Virus record (IMG/VR): IMGVR_UViG_3300035689_000004
Coordinates: 1 to 64,000 of that record
Reading direction: 5' to 3' (one strand)
DNA: 64,000 nucleotides
Source: a virus
Shown: one piece after another, positions 1 to 8,599 of the stretch
Layout of the letters: every line of letters starts with the position of its first letter
Position numbering within the stretch: the first letter of the stretch is position 1
Program-made: the position numbers and the translations under genes
The notes under the pieces: generated by a model
What the model was told of the DNA's origin: nothing
The model's database searches: none
What the model saw: the letters and a program-made list of their open reading frames with translations, nothing else

Positions 1-19
1 TAAGTTGCACCCGCAAGAT

Positions 20-60
20 GCCCCCGTTGTTACCTCCCTCGTAACGACGGGGGCTTTTCT
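20..60 (+). terminator. Intrinsic terminator upstream of tape measure gene
   Basis: GCCCCCGTTGTTAC-ctccctc-GTAACGACGGGGGC followed by TTTTCT. Confidence 0.7.
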
Positions 61-71
61 TATTTACGGCC

Positions 72-3000
72 ATGGCTGACCAAGAACATAAGTTAGAGTA
101 CGTCCTAAACCTAGACCCGAGTGGCTTCATTGAAGGGGCAGAACGCGCCATCAATAAGCAACAGGACCTGGAGCGCCATTTCAGTACCGGTGCGCCCTCA
201 GCGGCGGCAGCCTCAGCGGCAGGTGGTGGTGGTTCCTTTGAGCCATTGCCGCGCCCTACCACTGACACCGGTGGGACGCTGCCACCGCCCCCGCAGCCGA
301 CCACCGATAGGGGCACTTTGGGCGACTTTCAACAACGGGTGCAAGCGGTACAGGCGATCGCGCCCAATGCGCCGGACGTGGCCAATATGGCCGCCTCTCG
401 CCTGCAAACCTCGATCCTCCATGCGTCGTTGAAAGACCCGGATAGCGCTAAGGACTACCAGGACCTAATCAACTCCCTGCGAGAACTACGCAATTCATTG
501 CAGGAGGACGGCAAGAAAAAGGACGGTACCAACGAGCTATTGGGTTGGATGAAAGGTTTGGCACTTAGCCAGACCATCAATACCGGCACGTCCATTGCTA
601 CCAATGCCATGCAGGGCAATATTGCCACCGCTGCCGGTGGCGTCATTGGTGGTGTACTCGGGCTACTGGGCGGCCCTGCCGGGATGCTGACCGGTGCGTC
701 CATTGGTAGCGGCATTGGCAGCTTAGTGGATCGGGTTGCCAAGGGGGGCGAACAATCCCTTGCCTACGAAACCCAGATCGCGGACATTAACCAGCGCTTT
801 GGCGTAGGTAGCGTTGGCAGGCTGCGTAATTTTGAACTAGGCACCCAGAACGGGTTTAGAATTGAAGAGACCGCCGGGCTGATTGACCAGCTACGGGAAA
901 ACCGAGCCCTGAGTAATCCGGCCATGGCCGGACCCCTGGTGAATACCATCCAGGAGCTTACCCGGGCGCTAGGGCTTAACGTAGAAGCCACCGCCAATAT
1001 GGCTGGCATCTACTCCCGCACCGGTGGCGAGAAGGGCGCTGAGGGCGTTCGCAGCTACCTATCCGATGTGGTAGGTGGTGCTATCCGGGCTGGGTTTGAG
1101 TCCAACATCCAGCAGTACGCCGACATGATGGGCAGCGCCCGCATGCAAGCGGTGCAGCAGACCGGCCAGGGGATGAGCGATCGCGCCTTTGGCTTGCTCC
1201 AGGACGTGATGGCAGGGCTAACCGGCGGCAATTCCCGCACCTCCGCCCTGTTTAGAGATAACGTCCAGATGGCTGGGGCGGGCTTACAAAGCTTCCTGTC
1301 CTATGGCGGCACCGCTGACCCCTATAGCACCTCAGCGGCCTACCTAAGGCTGGCAGGCGTCGATGAGGCAGCCCTAGACTCGCGGTTTAATTCGCCTGAA
1401 CAAATGATGGCCAATGCGCAGCGAGTGCTGCGGATGACCACCAACCGGGTGCAGGGCATCTCCGGGATGGGTGCCGATGAATTTAGGGCGGCGGCGGCTA
1501 GTGATCCCAACTTTGTCCAGAACCTAATTGCTGGTAATTCAGGGCTGCAGCGGCAAACCTCAGCTACTTTGCAAGGCATTTTGGGGCGACAGGCGACCGC
1601 CCAGGACCTCCGTACCTTTGAAGAGCTGGCCAATATCAGCGCGGCCAATGGCGGACGGCTGCCGACCGGCCCGGGCGGCGATGGCGGACGGGTGGAGCAA
1701 TTGCTAGCCCAACTACAGGAAAGCCCAGGCGACCAAGCCCGCAAACTGGAGGCGGAGGCCAATAACCTGACCATCAAGGCGATGTCTAACTTGAATGAGG
1801 CATCGCTCAAGATGAAGGAAACCCAAGTGGAGTTACTTGAACAACTCAACGGTTTCCCGCTTAAGGAGATCGGTGATGGTATTGCTGCCGCCATGGATGG
1901 GGTGATCAAGTTTATCCGTGAGGCAGGGCCACAGCTAGCCAACCTGACTAGAGAAGGTATCGCCGCCTTCCATAAGCTCAGGGATATGGTGAATGAGTTT
2001 AGGAATAGTGCGATCGGTAGGCTGATCTTTGGGGGTGACACCAATTCAAGGGAAATCGGGGAACAGGTTGGCAGCGCCATCTCTAGCCCAATAGGGCGAT
2101 CCGCAGCACTTTCTTTCGCCGCCGGACTACCCGGACCTATTGGCTCTATAGCAACAGCGGCCAATATCGTTCGGACCAGAGAATTAGCCCCTGATGATGT
2201 CGCAAACATCGAACTTGCGCACGAAGGTGCTGAATATATTCAACGCCATGGACCCCTTGGCGAACACGCTAGGCGGATAATCCCCAGGGCTTTAAGAAGC
2301 GCTAGAAACTATATCGGCGGACTGATTGATGGTGCTTTCAATGACACCCCCGGCACCGTCACCGCCGCCCCTGGCTATAACGTTTTTGAGTTTGCCCCCG
2401 GGGACATTGTCTCCGCCCGCATGGGTGGCACCAGCGGCGGTGCATCGCTGACCGACATCTTCCAGGTACTTCGAGAGTCCAATCTGATGGACATCCAGGC
2501 GTACCAGACCGCTAGTGAGCAGCGCAAGCTATTGCAGGACGTGACCAACGACATCCTGAAGACCGACCTATTGATTCACGTCAATTCTGAAATCAACACC
2601 CAGCGGCAACTACCCAGCATTATCCAGATGATGCAAGCCTTTTTCCCTCAGCTTATTTCAGCGGTGGACTCCGTGCGGGAGGCATTGGTGTCAACGCTTA
2701 ATTCGGTGATGGGTGGAGCGGGCGGCGGTGGATTTGGAGGAGTTGATGCTTCTGCTGCAGCTGACATTGTGAACGCCGCGAAAGGCTGGGAAGGCGAAGA
2801 ATTTAGGCGAGGCGTTCAGGCGCAATGCGCTTTCTTTGTCAGGGAAGTATTTAAGCAAGCCGGACGCGATGTGGGCGTGGCGCGTGGATCGTCCCCTGGG
2901 CTTGCCGGAAGCTTTTTCGATGAAAGCGTTGGAGAACTTAGGCACACGCTAAATCCTGACGAGATCCCTGCTGGTGCGATCGTGGGGTTTGAAAATACCT

Positions 3001-3917
3001 ACGATGGCCCTGGCTCAGGTATTGGTGGGTTTACCCATGTCGGAATAGCGGTCGGCGACGGTCAAATGATTGACAGGTCCACAAGATCGGCGCCAGTAAG
3101 GCAACGACCTATCACAACTTTCCGCGCAGACAGCAGGGGCGGATATACATACATCATCCCTCACAGCATCCAAGGCACCCAGCCAGCGGCAGGTGGTGGC
3201 GGTAGCGTCAACCTCAGCACTGGCTACGAGTCCCTAGAACAGCTAAGCGGACAATTAACTAGCCTGGACCCCCGGTTCAACACCAATACCCCAGACGGAC
3301 GGGCCGCACTCGCGATCGCCTTAGCGATCGGCGGGACTGAGGTTTATGGACGCGGGGCAACAGGCACCGACTTCTTTACCCGACGCGGCGGAACGGGTAA
3401 CAACATGCTGGGGTTTGCTCAATTCAACCTTGGCTTTCACCGAGCCAACACTGACACTCCAGGCGAATATACCGATTTCCTGGCGGACATCCTGACCGGC
3501 GATCGCGCCCAGCCAAATGGACGCCAAGCACGAAACTGGAGTGCCGAATTATCTAGGGCAGTACAGAGCGGGCAAATTGGCAGCGGAGCGGAGTTGCAGC
3601 AATGGTTAAGGCGAAGCGGGCTAGGCGGTAGCAATTGGCAGGGCATTGACGACGGCTGGAGTCGGGTTCCTGGACTTCCTGACCGGTTATTTCAAATGCT
3701 TAGGAGCGGCGGCGACAACCGCCAAGCCTCCAACAACCGCACCACCAACATTACTGTCAACATCGCCAGCGCCACCGACCCCGCCCGCACCCGGCAGGAG
3801 GTATTCAACGGCATCCATGCCGCAATGCCCTACCTGGACGAATTTGAGCAAGTCCGCCGAAATAGCAGCGATCGCAACCCGCGCAATAGTGGCAATCTAT
3901 CGCCGGTTTACGGCTAA
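72..3917 (+). CDS. Tail tape measure protein with C-terminal NlpC/P60-like and putative lysozyme-like domains
   Basis: 1281 aa, Ala/Gly-rich helical body upstream of baseplate genes; QCAFFVREVF...FTHVGIAVGDG (Cys/His of NlpC/P60); AIGGTE...GFAQFN resembles a lytic transglycosylase motif. Confidence 0.8.
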   Translation: MADQEHKLEYVLNLDPSGFIEGAERAINKQQDLERHFSTGAPSAAAASAAGGGGSFEPLPRPTTDTGGTLPPPPQPTTDRGTLGDFQQRVQAVQAIAPNAPDVANMAASRLQTSILHASLKDPDSAKDYQDLINSLRELRNSLQEDGKKKDGTNELLGWMKGLALSQTINTGTSIATNAMQGNIATAAGGVIGGVLGLLGGPAGMLTGASIGSGIGSLVDRVAKGGEQSLAYETQIADINQRFGVGSVGRLRNFELGTQNGFRIEETAGLIDQLRENRALSNPAMAGPLVNTIQELTRALGLNVEATANMAGIYSRTGGEKGAEGVRSYLSDVVGGAIRAGFESNIQQYADMMGSARMQAVQQTGQGMSDRAFGLLQDVMAGLTGGNSRTSALFRDNVQMAGAGLQSFLSYGGTADPYSTSAAYLRLAGVDEAALDSRFNSPEQMMANAQRVLRMTTNRVQGISGMGADEFRAAAASDPNFVQNLIAGNSGLQRQTSATLQGILGRQATAQDLRTFEELANISAANGGRLPTGPGGDGGRVEQLLAQLQESPGDQARKLEAEANNLTIKAMSNLNEASLKMKETQVELLEQLNGFPLKEIGDGIAAAMDGVIKFIREAGPQLANLTREGIAAFHKLRDMVNEFRNSAIGRLIFGGDTNSREIGEQVGSAISSPIGRSAALSFAAGLPGPIGSIATAANIVRTRELAPDDVANIELAHEGAEYIQRHGPLGEHARRIIPRALRSARNYIGGLIDGAFNDTPGTVTAAPGYNVFEFAPGDIVSARMGGTSGGASLTDIFQVLRESNLMDIQAYQTASEQRKLLQDVTNDILKTDLLIHVNSEINTQRQLPSIIQMMQAFFPQLISAVDSVREALVSTLNSVMGGAGGGGFGGVDASAAADIVNAAKGWEGEEFRRGVQAQCAFFVREVFKQAGRDVGVARGSSPGLAGSFFDESVGELRHTLNPDEIPAGAIVGFENTYDGPGSGIGGFTHVGIAVGDGQMIDRSTRSAPVRQRPITTFRADSRGGYTYIIPHSIQGTQPAAGGGGSVNLSTGYESLEQLSGQLTSLDPRFNTNTPDGRAALAIALAIGGTEVYGRGATGTDFFTRRGGTGNNMLGFAQFNLGFHRANTDTPGEYTDFLADILTGDRAQPNGRQARNWSAELSRAVQSGQIGSGAELQQWLRRSGLGGSNWQGIDDGWSRVPGLPDRLFQMLRSGGDNRQASNNRTTNITVNIASATDPARTRQEVFNGIHAAMPYLDEFEQVRRNSSDRNPRNSGNLSPVYG

Positions 3918-3946
3918 AGCAAAAGCCCCCAGCGAAGGCTAGGGGC
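3918..3946 (-). terminator. Intrinsic terminator of antisense cassette
   Basis: Minus strand GCCCCTAGC-CTTC-GCTGGGGGC-TTTTGCTT. Confidence 0.7.
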
Positions 3947-3980
3947 GGAGAGTGAAGCAATGCAGTAGCGCCAAATCTTA

Positions 3981-4292
3981 TCAGTACGCCGTAGCCTTGA
4001 TGGGGTGTCCTTCAGCATCCTGATAGCACACCTCAAACACTTCTCCGTGAACATTCAGTCTCGTGACATGCGCGAAACGATGATCCACGGAACAGTGCTC
4101 CGGCAGCCCCAAGCACTGAGACTCGGGAATCCTGGCGGCGGCAAGATGCTGAAAATAAGAACCCGCCTCTGTGCGAGATCCAGGTATTTCTAGCCATTCA
4201 ATTTCGGGAATGGTGGGAGGATGCTGGGAGATCAAGCTCCCGTCCCTTACATCGCAAATAACGAGCTTGACGTCTTCAACCTTAGTATTCAT
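3981..4292 (-). CDS. Hypothetical protein (stand-alone antisense cassette)
   Basis: 103 aa ORF with GGAGG RBS, own promoter and terminator. Confidence 0.7.
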   Translation of the reverse strand: MNTKVEDVKLVICDVRDGSLISQHPPTIPEIEWLEIPGSRTEAGSYFQHLAAARIPESQCLGLPEHCSVDHRFAHVTRLNVHGEVFEVCYQDAEGHPIKATAY

Positions 4293-4322
4293 GACTGCCC
4301 TCCAATGGCTTTCAACAATTTC

Positions 4323-4352
4323 AATATACCGCCCTTTCTATCGAATTGTCAA
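4323..4352 (-). promoter_or_regulatory. sigma-70 promoter
   Basis: TTGACA-18 nt-TATATT. Confidence 0.7.
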
Positions 4353-4453
4353 CACTAAACGATAGCATACTGAAGCAGATGGCGAATTTTCTTTGCCCTT
4401 AACCTTTCCCTTAAAGCGTCGTCATTAAAGTGCATGGTTCTTTCCAAATGGGT

Positions 4454-4484
4454 AAGCAAAGGCCCCTAGCAAGGGCTAGAGGCG
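4454..4484 (-). terminator. Intrinsic terminator ending the csx3 unit
   Basis: Minus strand GCCTCTAGC-CCTT-GCTAGGGGC-CTTTGCTT; similar to the 3918 terminator. Confidence 0.6.
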
Positions 4485-4672
4485 GAGGGAATCAATTGCC
4501 TGTTTAATGGCCCGGTCAGGCTCCGGGTGTTGCTCAATTAGCCGCCGCAGTTCGCGGTAGGCCGCTGAGCGACAGCCGGGTATCCGCAGTGTGGTGTTGT
4601 AGACTTCGGTGCCCTCGGTGGGGCGACCTTCGCCAGCAATACCCCGGGCAGATACCCGGTAGTTGCGGCCAC

Positions 4673-4984
4673 TTAGGCTAGGACTGGCTGAAAAGACAGC
4701 ACAGTGCCTGGACGGGGGGCGGACGGGTGATGGGTGCTGACGACCACCGCACCGAGGCGGGGGTCACGGCAGGCTACCCATCGGCTAACGTGATAGTGGT
4801 GGGCCATGGCCGCATAGAGCCAGATCGGTCCCCTGCCAGAGAGGACGACCCCACCGGTGGGGTCGATGGCTGGCAGCTCAAGGCTGCTTAAGACATCAGG
4901 GCTCAAATCGCCGTCGAGAGTGAACTCGACAAGGGTGGCCTGATGGCCATTGAGGATAACGGAAGTGGTTGAAAAGTTGATCAT
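4673..4984 (-). CDS. csx3: CRISPR-associated Csx3/Crn3 family cA4 ring nuclease
   Basis: GVVLSGRGPIWLY..AHHYH...VACRDPRLGAVVVSTH matches the Csx3 signature, including the His pair and DPR motif; 103 aa as in stand-alone Csx3. Confidence 0.9.
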   Translation of the reverse strand: MINFSTTSVILNGHQATLVEFTLDGDLSPDVLSSLELPAIDPTGGVVLSGRGPIWLYAAMAHHYHVSRWVACRDPRLGAVVVSTHHPSAPRPGTVLSFQPVLA

Positions 4985-5046
4985 GTTTGCCTCATCAGTA
5001 CCGGGGTTACAACCACCCGGCAGACCCAGCTAGGGCTGGGTTTCGG

Positions 5047-5535
5047 CTATTCAGGCCAAGCGTAGTCCCAGAACAGGAGGAACCTGCTCCAGGCCCATTC
5101 GGGGGTGTCATCCCCAAGCGGAAAGGCCGCCTCCAGCAAGAAATCCATGCAAGAGGGCAAAACCTGCCCGTAGTCCTGCCCGTAGTCGAGGAAATCGCCT
5201 GCTAGTTTGAGGGGAACTTCCACCCCCCCAATTTCGACGACATGGGACTCATCCCACGCCGGATCGATGTGACACCAATGGACGTACTGTCCTGATATGT
5301 CGTCGTAACGGGAGCAGTACATCTCCTCTGCTACGACGGATCGCTGGACTACAAAGTCTAACGATCCAACACCCTCGCTACCCTCATAAGTGAGGGTCCG
5401 GGTTGTCTTTTCAATCCAGAGGCCCTGCTGCGAAAGCCTTTGTTTCTGGGTCAGATCTTCTTTGGAAGCAGGCTCATCCCAGCATTGGCCTAAAGCCTTT
5501 GAGATCGCCAGACCCTTGCCCCATGGTTCAGCCAT
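5047..5535 (-). CDS. Acidic hypothetical protein, first gene of the csx3 unit
   Basis: 162 aa, AGGAGG RBS. Confidence 0.75.
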   Translation of the reverse strand: MAEPWGKGLAISKALGQCWDEPASKEDLTQKQRLSQQGLWIEKTTRTLTYEGSEGVGSLDFVVQRSVVAEEMYCSRYDDISGQYVHWCHIDPAWDESHVVEIGGVEVPLKLAGDFLDYGQDYGQVLPSCMDFLLEAAFPLGDDTPEWAWSRFLLFWDYAWPE

Positions 5536-5580
5536 AACTTTTCCTCCTAAAACTTGCGGGCTTCACTCGCCCATGTCATT

Positions 5581-5609
5581 ACTATAGTGTTTCGTATACG
5601 AAACGACAA
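5581..5609 (-). promoter_or_regulatory. sigma-70-type promoter with 16-bp palindromic operator
   Basis: TTGTCG-17 nt-TATAGT; perfect palindrome GTTTCGTATACGAAAC at 5589-5604. Confidence 0.7.
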
Positions 5610-5728
5610 TAGTTAGTTAGTAGTAATTTTGCAAATTTACAACCCTATCGCCAATCTGCGCGAACCGATAGTATCCTAGAACTAGGGTGGGCATCGTCTA
5701 ATCAATAGCCCTACAGCTTTCCAGAAAA

Positions 5729-6520
5729 ATGCACCAGCTAGCCCTGTTCAATACCATTGACAATAAGCCAATGGCGGACGATCGCATCCGCACCTACCGT
5801 GGCGACGCGATCGCGGTCCTGGCCAACCTACTGGCTAAGGGAACCACCTGGGACTATTGCCTAACCTCCCCTCCCTACTACGGCCAGATAGACTATGGCC
5901 ACGAAGGGCAACACGGGCTAGAGGGTAGCCTTGACGCCTACCTGGATACTCAGCAGCAGGTTTTTAGGCTGGTGTACCAAGGGTTAGCAGAAGGCGGGGT
6001 GTGCTGGATTGTGATAGGTGATACCAGCAACAACTACAGCCCGGTACGCGCCAAGGGGCAACGGCGACAAGCAGGAGAATGGCTCTACCGCCGCAGCCTG
6101 GAGGACGACTACCGCGAAAAGGAACCCTTGCTAGTGCCTATCCGCCTAGCGGAGCGGCTACGGGCTGATGGCTGGGTAATGCGGAAGATATTGATTTGGG
6201 ACAAGGGGCAAAGTAGCCAAGTAGGCAAGGGTGATGCGCCGCCTGAAACCCATGAGTATGTCCTGATGATGGGCAAGAGCGGCAAAAACGGGCGACCGAT
6301 GCTGAACACCAAGCCGCTGCGATCGTCGGTGCTGGTGCATCGTCCCTGTGGCCACTCTAACCACCCCTGCCCATTCCCTGACTCATTAGTCCACGAATTA
6401 TTGTCTAGCGCCACCGTGGCCGGAGCGACGGTGCTAGACCCTTACTTTGGCACCGGCACCACCGGACGGGTAGCGTCCCTGTTGGGCATGAAATCTATCG
6501 GCATTGACCTAGGAGCATAA
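5729..6520 (+). CDS. Orphan DNA methyltransferase, beta class (N4-C/N6-A)
   Basis: TSPPY catalytic motif precedes HPCPFP and LDPYFGTGTT SAM-binding motif; no adjacent restriction enzyme. Confidence 0.9.
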   Translation: MHQLALFNTIDNKPMADDRIRTYRGDAIAVLANLLAKGTTWDYCLTSPPYYGQIDYGHEGQHGLEGSLDAYLDTQQQVFRLVYQGLAEGGVCWIVIGDTSNNYSPVRAKGQRRQAGEWLYRRSLEDDYREKEPLLVPIRLAERLRADGWVMRKILIWDKGQSSQVGKGDAPPETHEYVLMMGKSGKNGRPMLNTKPLRSSVLVHRPCGHSNHPCPFPDSLVHELLSSATVAGATVLDPYFGTGTTGRVASLLGMKSIGIDLGA

Positions 6521-7264
6521 ATGCTAGTCCTTGAAATTACTGAGAACACGGTCCTGAAGCCAGGGCCGGACCAAGCGATCGCCTACGATAAGGCAGCGGT
6601 AGTGAATGTCAGCAAGGGGCGATCGTTCCCATTGTTGGCCTATCAGCTATTGCACGGTCATGTGCATTTCACCATCGACCCGAAGCGGTTCGACCTAGTG
6701 AACCTGCACCCATCAGGCAGGAATACTTGGTGGGCATTCGCGGGACACGCTAGCGATCCATCAGGGTTTGGCTCAGGCAATGACCCCAAAGATGAGCCCC
6801 CAACTCGCCGGGACGGCCATCGAATTATTTTGCCAGGGTTTGAGAACGACTGCTCCAGCACTCAGTCAATCTCGACCAAGGCGCCTAACTTCACCTGGGG
6901 GGAAGCACTCCATATGCGCCCTGACGGTAGCTACCGCCACCCTGAAAATGCCTCTGTGGTGTACGGCATCATTCGGGTAGCAGAGGTGATGCAAGACATT
7001 AGGGAGCGGTTTAAGCGGCCCATTAAAATCAACTCCTGGTATCGGGACCCAGGCACTAATGCCCGCGTGGGGGGCGCTCGCTTTTCTACCCACATGAAGG
7101 GCCATGCGGTGGATTTTAATATCCCTGGGCTGCCTCCGGTAGATGTTTATAACGAGCTGGACCATTGGTGGGGCGGCCAGGGCGGGCTTGCCCGGGGTAA
7201 TGGGTTTTTCCATATCGACTGCCGGGGCAGCCGCGCTCGGTGGGACTACCCTGGGGTTAGGTAA
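6521..7264 (+). CDS. Endolysin, peptidase M15A family, with N-terminal putative cell-wall-binding domain
   Basis: INSWYR..N.RVGGA..S.HMKGHAVD...FFHID motifs. Confidence 0.88.
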   Translation: MLVLEITENTVLKPGPDQAIAYDKAAVVNVSKGRSFPLLAYQLLHGHVHFTIDPKRFDLVNLHPSGRNTWWAFAGHASDPSGFGSGNDPKDEPPTRRDGHRIILPGFENDCSSTQSISTKAPNFTWGEALHMRPDGSYRHPENASVVYGIIRVAEVMQDIRERFKRPIKINSWYRDPGTNARVGGARFSTHMKGHAVDFNIPGLPPVDVYNELDHWWGGQGGLARGNGFFHIDCRGSRARWDYPGVR

Positions 7265-7266
7265 TT

Positions 7267-8349
7267 ATGAAAATTTATACCCTTGCCGGGGTGCCCTACG
7301 TCCCGGCAGTGACCGCTAGCGGCATTGTCTTAAGGAAAGCGGGCAGGCGATCGCCTGCCCCAGGACAGTTAGGACTATTTGACGCTCAGCACCAAGAAGG
7401 TGAGACCCGCACCAACCAAGCGGGCCACCAGGAGGTATTGCAGGGCGGACGGTGGCACCTCGCTGGAAGCCAGGGAGCGACGCCTACAGCACCCGCTACG
7501 CCCGCCGCCCAAGCTCAACCACAGGCACAGCAAACTCAACCACAGGTGCAGCAACAAGCGCCGACGATGGAAGGGCTCCATGCCCTGCACCAACAAGTCT
7601 CCCAAGGTACTCAAGGCGAGCAACAAGACCCCTTAGCGGGAATTGACCCCAAGGCGGTACTTAACAGCGCCTCCCCGGAAGCTGGGCAATTTGTAAACTT
7701 TCTCAAGCAGTCTGGCGACCCGGATACGTTAGTTGAGTTGCTTACCGAGTGGCCCGCTAGTTCCTGCAGGCAACAAGCAAAAGAATGGGAGTCTGCTGTT
7801 AAAGCCTATGACAGCTTTGGCGTTCAAAGCATAGAAGACATTTGCACACCTGACGATCTTGCTGAAGTATTTGGAGGTAAAAACCCACCTCCAAAAGACG
7901 TTTATGCAAAAGCCGTTTACGATGCCGTAGCCGGTGCCGCTCAAAACTTTTCCGAACTTAGCCAGCACGGCATCAACCCGCTTGAGGAAGCTTGGGGCTA
8001 TGTTTATGAAGACAAGCCATCACTCCAAGCCCTTAGGAAGGATTTTGCAGGCGATCTGAACTCCGCAACCGATCAAGCGTCTAAACGCAAAGCAGAGCTT
8101 GCCCTTGGCTTGCTGGATAGCGTCATCAATGCACTGCCAGCCATCGAAAAAGCCAGTAGTCAGATGGAGTCTTTTCATGAAAAGCTGCCCGAAAACTTTT
8201 TTGATGCAGACTCTAAGCAGGAGGCGATCGCGCTACAAAAACTTTATTCGCTTGGAACAAGCCCAACCGCCAGGAAGGTAGCAAGAACCTTGGCACGAGA
8301 TGATGCCGCCTTCGACTCGATTATGAATAGAGCTGGTTCCCATGGATAA
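7267..8349 (+). CDS. Putative virion-associated protein, paralog of 16504..17643
   Basis: First 66 aa nearly identical to the 16504 ORF; LRKA, QLGLF and EGETR..GRW motifs. Confidence 0.8.
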   Translation: MKIYTLAGVPYVPAVTASGIVLRKAGRRSPAPGQLGLFDAQHQEGETRTNQAGHQEVLQGGRWHLAGSQGATPTAPATPAAQAQPQAQQTQPQVQQQAPTMEGLHALHQQVSQGTQGEQQDPLAGIDPKAVLNSASPEAGQFVNFLKQSGDPDTLVELLTEWPASSCRQQAKEWESAVKAYDSFGVQSIEDICTPDDLAEVFGGKNPPPKDVYAKAVYDAVAGAAQNFSELSQHGINPLEEAWGYVYEDKPSLQALRKDFAGDLNSATDQASKRKAELALGLLDSVINALPAIEKASSQMESFHEKLPENFFDADSKQEAIALQKLYSLGTSPTARKVARTLARDDAAFDSIMNRAGSHG

Positions 8350-8599
8350 ATCCCGCATCGATCGCGCCTGTCAGTGGTACATGGACAACCGCGACTTTAT
8401 CCGCGCCATGCTGCCGCTGGAGTTGCGTCATCCCAACGGCCAAAGCCTTAGCCTATATCAGGCTAATTGGGATATTACCTGCTGGGTAACCCGTTGGCAG
8501 GAGAACCGGCTGGCCGCCAGCGACGCGGAGCAACTTATCTGCGCTCAGCTACGACCCTTGTTTGAGGTGGTACGCGATCGACGGGTGAGTCATGGTTAG
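8342..8599 (+). CDS. Hypothetical protein
   Basis: 85 aa, overlaps both neighbours (translational coupling). Confidence 0.65.
   Translation: MDKSRIDRACQWYMDNRDFIRAMLPLELRHPNGQSLSLYQANWDITCWVTRWQENRLAASDAEQLICAQLRPLFEVVRDRRVSHG

Noticed and set aside
1340-2209. Long antisense ORFs (e.g. 1340-2209, 46108-46812, 55596-56174, 61327-63672 set)
   Set aside because: Shadow frames of GC-rich genes with clear motifs on the other strand
4300-5700. CRISPR array or cas operon near csx3
   Set aside because: No regularly spaced direct repeats and no other cas motifs seen anywhere in the window
5729-6520. Complete restriction-modification system
   Set aside because: No adjacent endonuclease; the methylase is coupled to the endolysin gene
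7267-8599. Polymorphic toxin-immunity pair
   Set aside because: The two paralogs' C-domains are homologous rather than swapped, no toxin motif is recognised, and the second copy has no downstream small gene
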